Source: Chloroflexota bacterium
GTDB taxonomy: Bacteria; Chloroflexota; UBA6077; FW602-bin22; JBCLEL01
DNA length: 35,397 nt
Assembly: GCA_038913435.1 (NCBI GenBank)
Contig: JBCLEL010000001.1
Span: 1-35,397 of the forward strand
Direction of reading: 5' to 3'
Under the pieces are notes generated by a model that was not told the DNA's origin, searched no databases, and saw nothing but the letters and a program-made list of their open reading frames with translations. The first letter of the stretch is position 1, and the number at the start of each line of letters is the position of its first letter. Below, piece by piece: positions 1-8,899 of this stretch. The translations under genes and the position numbers were made by a program.

Positions 1-6
1 CGCACC

Positions 7-78
7 GGGGCAGGCGCGGGGGCCTGCCCCTACGGTGGGTCGCCGGTGAATCGTAGGGGCAATCCCCTGTGATTGCCC
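7..78. repeat. Two GC-rich extragenic hairpins of the GTAGGGGC...GCCCCTAC family
   Basis: GGGGCAGGC(7-15)/GCCTGCCCC(22-30) forms a 9-bp stem followed by TAC. GTAGGGGCAATC...GATTGCCC has an 8-bp stem (57-64/71-78). The same GTAGGGGC/GCCCCTAC ends recur at 14231-14259 and 15237-15264. Confidence 0.7.
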
Positions 79-139
79 AATAAAGCTTTACTGGATCGTC
101 ACCGCCAGAATACCCGAAACAAGATAGCGGGAGGCTTAG

Positions 140-1528
140 TTGAGCTACATAGGAAACACCGACGCTGATCGCGCTGAGATGCTGGCGGCCCTGGGCCTCG
201 ATTCGATAGACCAACTTTTTGACGATATTCCGGCCAACGTCCGCCGGCCTGGGTTCAACCTCCCCACATCATTGACCGAGATCGAGACGATGGCGAAACT
301 GCGTCGGTTGGCGCAGCGCAACTGGTCGGCCATTGACCATCCGATCTTCCTCGGCGCCGGCGTATATAACCATTTCATCCCGGCGGTGGTGTCGCATATC
401 ATCGGTCGCTCGGAGTTTGCCACTAGCTATACGCCCTACCAGCCGGAGGTCAGTCAAGGGACTTTACAAACCATCTACGAGTACCAGAGCCTGGTCTGCG
501 CCCTGACCGGAATGGAAGTCGCCAACGCCTCGATGTACGACGGCGCCAGTGCGGTCGCCGAGGCCGCGAGTATGGCCAGCGCAGTCACCGAGCGTTCGGT
601 GGTTGTCACCACGCCAGGGGTGCACCATGAGTACGTTCACACGCTGAAAACCTACATTCAAGGCCGGCCGATGGAGCACCGGGCCGCCGGCTCCTCGCCA
701 AAGCCGGGCGAAGCCGGCGTGTCATCGCTGAAAAAGATCGCCGGCGCCATTGATGAGTCGGTCGCCTGCGTCATCATCCAGCAGCCAAACTTCTTCGGCC
801 ACCTGGAAGACTTGAAAGGGCTGATTGACGCCTGTCACCAGGCCGGCGCGCTGGCAATAGTCGCCATCCAGCCGGTCACACTTGGGTTGCTAGCGCCGCC
901 CGGCGAGGTTGGCGCTGACATTGTGGTCGGCGAAGGCCAACCGTTGGGCATCCCGATGTCGTTCGGCGGGCCTTATCTGGGGCTGTTCGCCTGCCGGCAG
1001 GAGTTAATCCGGCAGATGCCGGGCCGGCTGGTCGGCGCGACGACCGACAGCAAGGGCAAGGTTGGCTATGTCCTGACCTTCCAAGCCCGCGAGCAGCACA
1101 TACGCCGGGAGAAGGCGACTTCAAATATCTGCTCGAACGAGGCGCTTTGCGCGTTGGCCTCGACGGTATATCTGTCCTGGATGGGGCCGTCCGGCTTAGG
1201 CGAGGCGGCGGACCTGAGTTTCCGCAACGCCCATTATCTGGCCGGCGAATGCGCCAGGTTGCCGGGCTACCAGATAGCCTTCAAAGGCGATTACTTTTTG
1301 GAGTTCGCCTTGAAGTGTCCACGGCCAGCAGTTGAGATAAACCGGGCTTTGCTCGAATGCGGAATCATCGGCGGCTATGACCTGGGCAACGTTTCGCCAG
1401 AGCTAGACGACTGCCTATTGTTGTGCTGTACGGAAATGACCAAACGCGAACAGATAGACCAGTTCGTCTCGGCACTGGCGGACATCGGCGCGGCCAAGCC
1501 GGCGACTTTCCCGGCAGGCAGGCGATAA
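140..1528 (+). CDS. gcvPA: Glycine dehydrogenase (decarboxylating) subunit 1 (P-protein alpha)
   Basis: 462 aa. The N-terminus ([29 protein letters not shown]) and the motifs [16 protein letters not shown] and [17 protein letters not shown] are characteristic of GcvPA. TTG start 5 nt after GGGAGG. The stop overlaps the gcvPB start (TAATG). Confidence 0.95.
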   Translation: MSYIGNTDADRAEMLAALGLDSIDQLFDDIPANVRRPGFNLPTSLTEIETMAKLRRLAQRNWSAIDHPIFLGAGVYNHFIPAVVSHIIGRSEFATSYTPYQPEVSQGTLQTIYEYQSLVCALTGMEVANASMYDGASAVAEAASMASAVTERSVVVTTPGVHHEYVHTLKTYIQGRPMEHRAAGSSPKPGEAGVSSLKKIAGAIDESVACVIIQQPNFFGHLEDLKGLIDACHQAGALAIVAIQPVTLGLLAPPGEVGADIVVGEGQPLGIPMSFGGPYLGLFACRQELIRQMPGRLVGATTDSKGKVGYVLTFQAREQHIRREKATSNICSNEALCALASTVYLSWMGPSGLGEAADLSFRNAHYLAGECARLPGYQIAFKGDYFLEFALKCPRPAVEINRALLECGIIGGYDLGNVSPELDDCLLLCCTEMTKREQIDQFVSALADIGAAKPATFPAGRR

Positions 1529-3003
1529 TGCCTCAGCCAACCATATTCGATATATCTCGGCCCGGCCGGCGCTGCGGGCGTCTGCCGAAAGCGGATGTGC
1601 CCGGCCCGGCGGCGGTCGAGGCGTTGCCGGCGAAATACCTGCGCGCCGGCCTGCCGTTGCCAGAAGTGTCGGAGCTTCAGTTGGTCCGGCACTTCACGTT
1701 GCTCTCCCAGGAGAACCTCTCGATTGACACGGCCTTCTATCCGCTTGGCTCCTGTACGATGAAGTACAACCCCAAGGTGAACGAGGAAGCCGCCCGGTTG
1801 CCGGGTCTGGCCCAGATCCATCCATACCAGCCGGTCGAGACGGTTCAGGGCGCTTTGGAACTGATGTGGGAGTTGGAGAGATGGCTGGCCGAGATCAGCG
1901 GGATGGACGCCGTCACCCTTCAACCGGCCGCCGGCGCTCATGGCGAGTTCACCGGCGTCCTGACGGTCCGGGCTTATCACCAGAGCCGGGGCGACACTCG
2001 ACGCACCAAAGTGTTGATACCCGATTCGGCCCACGGCACCAACCCGGCCACCGCTAAAATGGCCGGCTTCGAGGTGGTAACAATCGAGTCCGACCGGCGC
2101 GGCGACATATCGCTTGACGCGCTGAAGGCAGCATTGGGCGATGACACTGCGGGGCTGATGATAACCATACCGAGCACGCTTGGCTTGTTTGACGAGAACC
2201 TGCTGGCGGTGATTGATGCCGTCCACCAGGCCGGCGGGCTTGTCTATTGCGACGGCGCAAATATGAACGCGATGCTGGGCCAGGTCCGTTTCGGCGACCT
2301 GGGTGTTGATGTCGTCCACTTCAACCTGCACAAGACCTTCAGCACACCGCACGGCGGCGGTGGCCCGCCGGCCGGCCCGGTTGGTGTAAAGAAGCATTTA
2401 GAATCGTTCCTACCGATTCCCAGAGTCGTCAGGAACGAAAGCTCTGATGGTTCTGCTCGATACCGGTTTGACTACGACCGTCCGAACAGCGTTGGCCGGA
2501 TGCGATCCTTCTACGGCAACTTCGGCATCTTGGTTAGGGCATACACCTACCTCTTGAGCCTGGGCAACGACGGGCTTTCCGAGATCGGCGCTAATGCGGT
2601 TCTTAACGCCAACTATCTGCTGTCAAAGCTAGGCGACGCCTACGACGTGCCCTACGACCGCCGGTGCATGCACGAGTTTGTCCTATCGGCCCGCCGGCAG
2701 AAGAAGTACGGCGTGCGGGCATTGCACATCGCCAAGCGGTTGATTGACTACGGCTTCCACCCGCCGACAATCTACTTTCCGTTGATCGTTGACGAGTGCC
2801 TGATGATCGAGCCAACGGAAACCGAGGTGAAAGAGACGCTAGACCAGTTCGCCGAGGCTATGCTGGCAATCGCCCGTGAAGCGGAGTCAGACCCGGAGTT
2901 GGTCAAAAACGCGCCGCACACGACCCAGCTAAACCGGCTGGACGAGGTGGCGGCCGTCCGCCGGCCGAACTTGCGTTGGCGCCGGCCGGCACAGGGGGCG
3001 TGA
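1528..3003 (+). CDS. gcvPB: Glycine dehydrogenase (decarboxylating) subunit 2 (P-protein beta)
   Basis: The ORF track starts at 1423, but Met36 (ATG 1528) overlaps the gcvPA stop and begins the conserved sequence [15 protein letters not shown]. The PLP-lysine context [15 protein letters not shown] is typical of GcvPB. Confidence 0.93.
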   Translation: MPQPTIFDISRPGRRCGRLPKADVPGPAAVEALPAKYLRAGLPLPEVSELQLVRHFTLLSQENLSIDTAFYPLGSCTMKYNPKVNEEAARLPGLAQIHPYQPVETVQGALELMWELERWLAEISGMDAVTLQPAAGAHGEFTGVLTVRAYHQSRGDTRRTKVLIPDSAHGTNPATAKMAGFEVVTIESDRRGDISLDALKAALGDDTAGLMITIPSTLGLFDENLLAVIDAVHQAGGLVYCDGANMNAMLGQVRFGDLGVDVVHFNLHKTFSTPHGGGGPPAGPVGVKKHLESFLPIPRVVRNESSDGSARYRFDYDRPNSVGRMRSFYGNFGILVRAYTYLLSLGNDGLSEIGANAVLNANYLLSKLGDAYDVPYDRRCMHEFVLSARRQKKYGVRALHIAKRLIDYGFHPPTIYFPLIVDECLMIEPTETEVKETLDQFAEAMLAIAREAESDPELVKNAPHTTQLNRLDEVAAVRRPNLRWRRPAQGA

Positions 3004-3064
3004 GACCTTGCATCTCCGTGGTAGTCTAAGAGTCGGCTACTAGTACAGCCCACAGGAGAGCCGG

Positions 3065-3511
3065 ATGGCATCATTGCCAGAAGTAATTATAAGCGAACAG
3101 AGACCCTTTGCCCCTAATTCGGACCGTGTGGCTAAGTTTAAGGAATCTCTTCAGAGTGACGCTCACCATTCCGTCTTTGAACCGTTGAGTGGGAAGCGAC
3201 TATACAGCAAGGTATACTACTTTTATCGGCAACCCACTGGCATCGATGTGGACAACTTATGCAAGCCAATACTTGACGCTCTTAAGAACATAGTTTATGT
3301 GGACGATTCGCAGGTTGTACTGCTAGTTGCAGCTAAGGTTGCGGTTGAAATAGATACCTACCAGTTGATTCTCAGGCATGCGGCACTAGAAGAAAAGTAC
3401 CAGCGCTTGTTGACCAGCCTGGCAAGTCAGGCACCACACGTGTTGTATATAGAAGTAGGCGAGTTGACAGATCTTTACCTGGACGTGGGGATCACCGCGT
3501 TGACCCCTTGA
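3065..3511 (+). CDS. RusA-family crossover-junction endodeoxyribonuclease-like protein
   Basis: 148 aa. The motif GIDVDNLCKPILDALKNIVYVDDSQV (nt 3242-3313) matches the RusA signature D-x-D-N-x-x-K...DD-x-Q, with all three catalytic Asp and the Lys present. AGGAGAG RBS before the ATG. Visibly lower GC than the flanks. Confidence 0.75.
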   Translation: MASLPEVIISEQRPFAPNSDRVAKFKESLQSDAHHSVFEPLSGKRLYSKVYYFYRQPTGIDVDNLCKPILDALKNIVYVDDSQVVLLVAAKVAVEIDTYQLILRHAALEEKYQRLLTSLASQAPHVLYIEVGELTDLYLDVGITALTP

Positions 3512-3526
3512 TTGGAGGTGACCAAT

Positions 3527-4150
3527 ATGGCAAGGCCCGCAGATGTGAGTCGCTACTTGGAAGAAGCTAAGATCGAGGAACTTAGCCGCGAGTGGGAAGC
3601 TAAGGGTTACAAAGTCATCACGCACGGTAAAATTGGTAATTTCACTGCTGATCTGATAGCAAAGCGGGGGGCAGAGAAGATTGTCTTTGAGGTTACGACG
3701 GCTAAATCCCTGTCCAAAAATCGAGAAGCCGTTGAGCGGTTACTACGTGCAGTTGCTGAGACAGGCAATGCGGCTTTCCGACTGGTGGTCGTCAACCCTC
3801 CGGTGGAAAAGTCTATCGAAATCGAGGGCCTAGAGGCAATCCTGTTTCAGTACATTGAAAACAACTTACACGACACCCTGAACGAACTTTCGACTCATAC
3901 TTTGGTGGAGATGATCAATGATGTTGAAGTTACTGCCTTAGAGATTGAGCCAGGGGAAATCCGAGCCACAGGAACCGGAATCATGGAGGTTCGATTGCAA
4001 TTTGGGTCCGATTCCGATGTCGAAAGTGACGATGGGCTCTTATATCACGATTCGATCCCCTTTAATTTTGATGTAAGCCTGGATGCTGACGACCTGTCTA
4101 TTGTGAAAGTGCATAGACTCGACATTGATAAATCTTCGGTTTACGGGTAG
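3527..4150 (+). CDS. PD-(D/E)xK (YraN/Hjc-like) nuclease-fold N-terminal domain fused to an unrecognised acidic C-terminal domain
   Basis: Preferred start is ATG 3527, 7 nt after GGAGGTG; the ORF-track TTG at 3512 abuts the previous stop. KGYKVITHGKIGNFTADLIAKRGAEKIVFEVTTAK resembles the UPF0102/YraN pattern (Gy.i....DLIa..g..lvFVEVK.r), with T in place of the usual K and a K three residues later. The C-terminal ~110 aa (IEGLEAILFQY...FGSDSDVESDDG...LDIDKSS) matches no family I recognise. Confidence 0.55.
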   Translation: MARPADVSRYLEEAKIEELSREWEAKGYKVITHGKIGNFTADLIAKRGAEKIVFEVTTAKSLSKNREAVERLLRAVAETGNAAFRLVVVNPPVEKSIEIEGLEAILFQYIENNLHDTLNELSTHTLVEMINDVEVTALEIEPGEIRATGTGIMEVRLQFGSDSDVESDDGLLYHDSIPFNFDVSLDADDLSIVKVHRLDIDKSSVYG

Positions 4151-4169
4151 ATTATTGCCTGGTTCCCGA

Positions 4170-5765
4170 ATGAAAATTGCTTCTGCCAGCCGGCCGCTGC
4201 TGGCGCTGCTGGCTTTGGCGCTGATGTTGGCGCCGGCCTGCCAGCCGATTCAAGGCTTGCTGAACAGCCTCCCCAACGCCGCGCGAGGGGCAGCCGGCGG
4301 TGGCATCCTGCGAATACATACCTTGCCGCCGGCGACACTGGACCCCGCGCTGGCCCAGGACTATCCGTCCTGGCAAATCGTCTATCACGTTTTCGACCGC
4401 CTGGTCACCCTAGACGATGATCTCAAAGTAAAGCCGTCGCTCGCGGCTAAATGGACGCTGAGTGACGATGGCCGCCGCTATCTCTTCGAGCTAAGGAAGG
4501 ATGTGAAGTTCAACGATGGCACGCCGTTCAGCGCCAGAGACGTGAAATACTCGTTCGAGCGGGCGCTCGACCCAAACCTCAAATCGGCGGCGGCGCTGCT
4601 TTACCTTGGCGACATAAAAGGCGCGAAGGAACGCCAGGCCGGCCAGGCCAACGAGGTGGCCGGCGTCCGCGTCGTTGACAGCTTTACCGTCGAGATCGAG
4701 TTGGACGAGCCAAAGACCTACTTCCTTAGCAAGCTGACCTCGCCAATCACCTCAATCGTCAAAATTGGCAGCGCCAACGCGCCGGACTGGCCGGCCCGTT
4801 CGGCCGGCACCGGCCCATTCTACGTTGCCGAATGGCGGCGAGGCGAGAGCGTCGCCCTGAAGCGGAACGAGTTTTACTACGGCCCGCGCCCGTCGCTGGC
4901 TGAAGTGCGCTTCACCTTTCTAGCCGGCTCGCCTATGCAAGCCTACCGCGATGGGCAGTTGGATGTGGCCCTGATTGGCCTAGAAGACTTGGGCCAATTG
5001 AGTCCCTCCGAATCTTCGAGCGAGCTAGTAGTGACGCCGGTGCTGACCACCTGGTATCTTGGGTTGAACACCAGGTTTGAGCCATTCGACGACCTGCATC
5101 TGCGGCGGGCGTTGGCGTTGGCGACCGACCGGAGCGCGCTAGTCAACGACCTGTTGAAAAAGGCCCGGACCGAAGCTTACGCGATAACGCCACCTAATTT
5201 GCCAGGAAGCGGACAGGCGCGAGCGTCATCTTTTGACCTAGTGGCGGCCAAACGCGAGTTGCAGCAGTCGCGCTACGGCAACGCCGACCAGGTGCCTGAA
5301 ATTGTCTTGTCAGTAGCTGGAACCGGCAGCCGGAAAGTAGCTGAAGCAATCGCCAAACAGTACCGCGATGGCTTGAACCTGCGCGTCACGGTGAGAGAGA
5401 TGAGCGACACCCAGTTTTATGGCGACCTCCTGGCCGGCCGATTGCAGATGTTCTACGTCGCCTGGAGCGCCGACTATCCCGATGTCCAAAACTACCTTGA
5501 GACCCTGTTCCTCAGCGACAGCGCCGGCAACCAGACCGGCTACAGGGACCAGATTGTGGATGGATTGCTCCAGCAGGCGGCCGGCGAGCAGGACGCTGCC
5601 CGCCGTGAGTCTCTCTATCAACAAGCAGAGGCTAAGCTGCTTGCCGACGCGCCGGTGATACCGCTCTTCTACGATTCGGCCTACCACCTGGTCAGCCGGC
5701 GCGTCGCCGGCCTGAAATGGAACTCGCTGGGGATCGGATCGCTGGCGACTAGCAGGGTTCAATGA
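4170..5765 (+). CDS. ABC transporter substrate-binding lipoprotein, family 5 (peptide/nickel/oligosaccharide type)
   Basis: Start moved to ATG 4170 (MKIASASRPLLALLALALMLAPAC, signal peptide plus lipobox Cys). TLDPALAQDYPSWQIVYHVFDRLV...KPSLAAKW...DGTPFSARDVKYSFER is typical of SBP_bac_5. No cognate permease or ATPase is adjacent, so this is an orphan SBP. Confidence 0.88.
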   Translation: MKIASASRPLLALLALALMLAPACQPIQGLLNSLPNAARGAAGGGILRIHTLPPATLDPALAQDYPSWQIVYHVFDRLVTLDDDLKVKPSLAAKWTLSDDGRRYLFELRKDVKFNDGTPFSARDVKYSFERALDPNLKSAAALLYLGDIKGAKERQAGQANEVAGVRVVDSFTVEIELDEPKTYFLSKLTSPITSIVKIGSANAPDWPARSAGTGPFYVAEWRRGESVALKRNEFYYGPRPSLAEVRFTFLAGSPMQAYRDGQLDVALIGLEDLGQLSPSESSSELVVTPVLTTWYLGLNTRFEPFDDLHLRRALALATDRSALVNDLLKKARTEAYAITPPNLPGSGQARASSFDLVAAKRELQQSRYGNADQVPEIVLSVAGTGSRKVAEAIAKQYRDGLNLRVTVREMSDTQFYGDLLAGRLQMFYVAWSADYPDVQNYLETLFLSDSAGNQTGYRDQIVDGLLQQAAGEQDAARRESLYQQAEAKLLADAPVIPLFYDSAYHLVSRRVAGLKWNSLGIGSLATSRVQ

Positions 5766-5918
5766 GGGACAGCGCGGGTGATAGACGTTTGGTCTGTCAC
5801 TGAGGAGAAGCTATTCGGGTAGTGAGAACCCATGTTCACCCCTTCCCTTTATGATTTTTGATTACTTGATTGGGTAATGCTAGATTTCGTTAAAGAGTTG
5901 AGGCGATGGGCTGCGATG

Positions 5919-5989
5919 CCCTCACCCTAGCCCTCTCCCAGCGGGAGAGGCCGGCCCGTCCTTCCAGAGAAGGACGGGCCGGGTGAGGG
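5919..5989. repeat. GC-rich compound palindrome (outer stem enclosing two hairpins)
   Basis: The outer stem CCCTCACCC(5919-5927)/GGGTGAGGG(5981-5989) encloses two hairpins. One is CCTCTCCC/GGGAGAGG (5932-5939/5943-5950). The other is a perfect 14-bp stem, CCGGCCCGTCCTTC/GAAGGACGGGCCGG (5951-5964/5969-5982). The first 32 nt recur inverted at 12123-12155. Confidence 0.85.
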
Positions 5990-6063
5990 AGGAACCTACC
6001 ACCCACCTTGTATTACCAGATTAAGTTGTTAAATTTCGTTGAGGGAGGAGGAAGGGGGTTAGG

Positions 6064-6797
6064 TTGAGACTAAGCCCGGTAGTCAACCCCTCCCTAACCC
6101 TCCCCGTAGCGAGGAGGGAACGCGCCTGTTTACTCGCTCGCAACCCGCCGACCCCCAGGGCTGTCCCTCTTGTTACCCTTGTCGCGTTTTGCTTGCTGGC
6201 GCCGGCCTGCGTCCCGACCGACTGGGCGCAGTCGCCAAGATTAGTCAAGATAGCTATTGTCCTTCCGTTGAGCAGTGTTGAACGCGGGGAGGCGGAAAAA
6301 GCCTCCAACTCGCTCGTCGGATCGTCACTCAACGTCAATCGTCGCCTGGCTGCTATCGGGTCGAGATGACGGCGCTGGACGCTTGGGAGTGGCAACCGGG
6401 CCGGCGAGCCAGCGAAATCGCCCTTGACCCGGCGGTAATGGTCGTGGTGGGACAGGTAGCAGAAACAGACCTACCAGCCGCCGGCGAGGTGTACCGGTCA
6501 GCCGGCCTAGCCTGGATCAGCTTTGCGCCGGCAACGAGCATGCCAGCGCCAGCCGGCGCGGTTTGGTTCAGTGTGCTACCATCGGAGCGAGCGCCAGATT
6601 CGGCGACGCGAGGCGGCGAGACAGCTCAAGACGGCACGCGATTCGGGCCGGCCGCAACCGAAACCGCCGTTTCGTTGGCGCTCGATTCGATTGAAGCGGC
6701 CTGCCAGGCCGGCCAACTGTCCAGAGATGGTGTCGCTAGCCAGCTAGCCCAACTCGCTAGCCGGCGGGCCGGCGTCTATCGCGTCGGTGGAGGATAA
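6064..6797 (+). pseudogene. Decayed type-1 periplasmic-binding-protein (LivK-like) gene: frameshifted and truncated
   Basis: ORFs 6064-6369 (frame 1) and 6366-6797 (frame 3) read together as lipoprotein signal (LVAFCLLAPAC), KIAIVLPLS..., NVNRRLAAIG | VEMTALD...DPAVMVVVGQV...AGLAWISFAPAT. This follows the LivK/PBP1 N-lobe pattern. One extra G in the GGG run at 6358-6360 would fuse the frames. The only in-frame start lies inside a repeat-like CCCTCC...GGAGGG segment, and the total length (~245 aa) is far below the ~380 aa typical of the family. Confidence 0.45.
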
Positions 6798-6800
6798 CCC

Positions 6801-7676
6801 TTGCTCGATCCTCGGCTCACCCCGAACCAGACCAGGACGGAAGAGGACGCTTACCTGATTCAGCCGATCACTGCTGAGCTGATTGATCGGTTGCGGTTGC
6901 CGCTATTCGGCCGGGTGAGCGCGCAGAGGTTGCGCTCGCACCTGAACGTTTGCCCTGACCTCGCGCTGGTCGTCAAAGGCACAAGCAACATAGGCGTGGC
7001 CAGGCCGTGGCGTCACCGGGACGACGTGTACGAGTTAGTGGACCTGACCGTTTGCGCTCACTCGCGTCAGTTGCTAGACGGGCTGACCGGACGGATTGCC
7101 GAGCGCGGGGCTTCGCTGATGGTGCTTGACTTCGACCTTTACTCCACCACCCAGGGGCTGTTCCACCAGGCGGGCTTCACCTTACTAGACGAGATCATCG
7201 AGATGTCAGCGCCCCTTCCACGGCCAGAGCAGGTCGAGCCGACGCTGGCCGCTAGCTACCGTGAGGCCGGCGATATTTCCGAGCTGTTGGAGATGGATCA
7301 CCTGACCTTTCCCTGGCTCTGGCGCAACTCTGAGCGCGAGATGAGCTACTATCTCAGCCAGCCGGCGGTAAACGTATTCATCGCTCGTCTGGACGGCCAG
7401 CCAGCCGGCTACGTCGGATACACCTTGAATAATCATTCGGGGTACATAGACCGGATCGCGGTACTGCCGCAACATCAAGGAAAGGGTCTCGGCTCGGATA
7501 TGATGGCCTGGACATTGCAACGACTCGAAGGAGTTGGCGTCACTGACGTCCAGTTGACAACCCAGCGTGACAACGAGCCTTCGCAGCGGATGTACCGGCG
7601 TTTCGGCTTTCGTGAGACTGGCTGGGGCTACGCGATCTACGGTAAGCGTCTCGTTGAGACGGAGGCCGGCGGTTGA
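6801..7676 (+). CDS. GNAT-family N-acetyltransferase (two-lobed)
   Basis: The C-terminal half (VFIARLDGQPAGYVGYTL...YIDRIAVLPQHQGKGLGSDMMAWTL...NEPSQRMYRRFGFRETG) carries the acetyl-CoA-binding Q/R-x-x-G-x-G/A motif. TTG start. Confidence 0.85.
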   Translation: MLDPRLTPNQTRTEEDAYLIQPITAELIDRLRLPLFGRVSAQRLRSHLNVCPDLALVVKGTSNIGVARPWRHRDDVYELVDLTVCAHSRQLLDGLTGRIAERGASLMVLDFDLYSTTQGLFHQAGFTLLDEIIEMSAPLPRPEQVEPTLAASYREAGDISELLEMDHLTFPWLWRNSEREMSYYLSQPAVNVFIARLDGQPAGYVGYTLNNHSGYIDRIAVLPQHQGKGLGSDMMAWTLQRLEGVGVTDVQLTTQRDNEPSQRMYRRFGFRETGWGYAIYGKRLVETEAGG

Positions 7677-8881
7677 GGGTACTGATGCTGTCCTGGGAGT
7701 ATCCACCGCATCTCATCGGCGGGCTTGGCAAGCACGTGGCCGAGATTGCGCCGAGGATTGCAGCAGCCGGCGTCGAGCTAAACCTGGTAACGCCACGCTT
7801 GGCCGGCGGGGCGCCGGAGGAGACGGCAGAGCGTAAGGGCGCCGCGGTCCGAGTGCACCGGGTGGACGCCACCTGGAGCGAGGCCGGCGACTTCTATGAC
7901 GGCGTAGCGGCGGTGAACCTCCAACTGTCGCGCTTCATAGAAGAAGATCTCTTGCCGAAACGGGGTTTTGACCTAGTCCATGTCCACGACTGGCTGGTCA
8001 GCTTTGCCGCAATCGAAGCCAAGCGCCTGACCAACACCCCGCTGGTTGCGACGATTCACGCAACCGAGTATGGCCGCAATCACGGCAATATCGGTTCGCC
8101 GCTGCAACGCAAGATCCACGAAGCTGAATGGCTGTTGAGCTACCAGAGTTGGAAGATCGTCTGTTGCAGCCATTTTATGAAGGATGAGGTCCAGCGGGCG
8201 TTCTACTGCCCGCCGGACAAGGTCGTGGTGATACCAAATGGCGTTGACCCGACCAAGTTCCGCCGGCTGCGCGATGAAGCCCTGGCGGAATTCCGCGCCG
8301 GCTTCGCCTTGCCCTACGAGCAACTGATCGTCACGGTGGGACGAGTCGTTTATGAGAAGGGCGTGCAAGTGTTGGTCCAGGCGATGCCGGAGATACTAGC
8401 CAAGTGGCCAAATGCAAAGGCGGTTGTGACCGGCGCCGGCTATTATCTCGACGATCTGAAGTCGCTGTCGGACCAGCTCAAGCTTGGTCCGAAGATGCTT
8501 TTTACCGGCTTTTTGCCGGAACACATACGCGACCGGCTCTTAGCCGTAGCTGACGTGGTCGCGCTGCCCAGCCTCTACGAGCCGTTTGGGATCGCAGCTC
8601 TGGAGGCGATGGCAGCCGGCGCGCCACTTGTTGTCTCCGATGTTGGCGGGTTTGGCGAGATCGTGCGGCATTTGGATAATGGCATCACCATATATCCTAA
8701 CTCGCCTTCATCATTGGCCTGGGGCATATTGGAAACGCTGGCCCATCCTGATGAAGCCAGGCGAAGGGCCGCTGTCGCGCTGGCGGAGATAGACACCATA
8801 TACAACTGGCGCTCAATCGCCCGGCGGACGGTTGGGTTGTACCAAGAGGTTGGCAAGGCCGGGGACAAGGTTGACGGGTGA
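7673..8881 (+). CDS. Glycosyltransferase family 4 (GT-B fold)
   Basis: The N-terminus MRVLMLSWEYPPHLIGGLGKHV and the E-x7-E motif EPFGIAALEAMAAGAPLV are typical of GT4. The start overlaps the GNAT stop (TTGA). Confidence 0.88.
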   Translation: MRVLMLSWEYPPHLIGGLGKHVAEIAPRIAAAGVELNLVTPRLAGGAPEETAERKGAAVRVHRVDATWSEAGDFYDGVAAVNLQLSRFIEEDLLPKRGFDLVHVHDWLVSFAAIEAKRLTNTPLVATIHATEYGRNHGNIGSPLQRKIHEAEWLLSYQSWKIVCCSHFMKDEVQRAFYCPPDKVVVIPNGVDPTKFRRLRDEALAEFRAGFALPYEQLIVTVGRVVYEKGVQVLVQAMPEILAKWPNAKAVVTGAGYYLDDLKSLSDQLKLGPKMLFTGFLPEHIRDRLLAVADVVALPSLYEPFGIAALEAMAAGAPLVVSDVGGFGEIVRHLDNGITIYPNSPSSLAWGILETLAHPDEARRRAAVALAEIDTIYNWRSIARRTVGLYQEVGKAGDKVDG

Positions 8882-8899
8882 GTAAGGCAGGTTGCGGTT

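Noticed and set aside
1-139. Glycine riboswitch upstream of the glycine-cleavage genes.
   Set aside because: The 139 nt before gcvPA consist of two repeat-family hairpins and a short AT-rich spacer. I see none of the conserved glycine-aptamer elements (no GGAGAG...CACCGAAGGGGCAA-like segments). The riboswitch normally precedes gcvT, which would lie outside the window.
1375-2397. 340-aa minus-strand ORF overlapping gcvPA/gcvPB. Similar long shadow ORFs occur at 17156-17782 (-), 20322-21014 (-), 7206-7706 (-), 23130-23672 (-) and 34566-35345 (+).
   Set aside because: Each lies antisense to a gene with strong family motifs. Their translations are Arg/Gly/Pro/Ala-rich and low in complexity, as is typical of non-coding frames in GC-rich DNA. 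None shows a recognisable motif or RBS.
3004-4169. tRNA gene, integrase or flanking direct repeats that would define the two AT-richer islets (also 8882-12032) as classical integrative elements.
   Set aside because: No tRNA-like T-arm or acceptor pattern, no recombinase ORF and no matching direct repeats were found at either boundary. The islets are therefore reported only as compositionally distinct insert-like segments.
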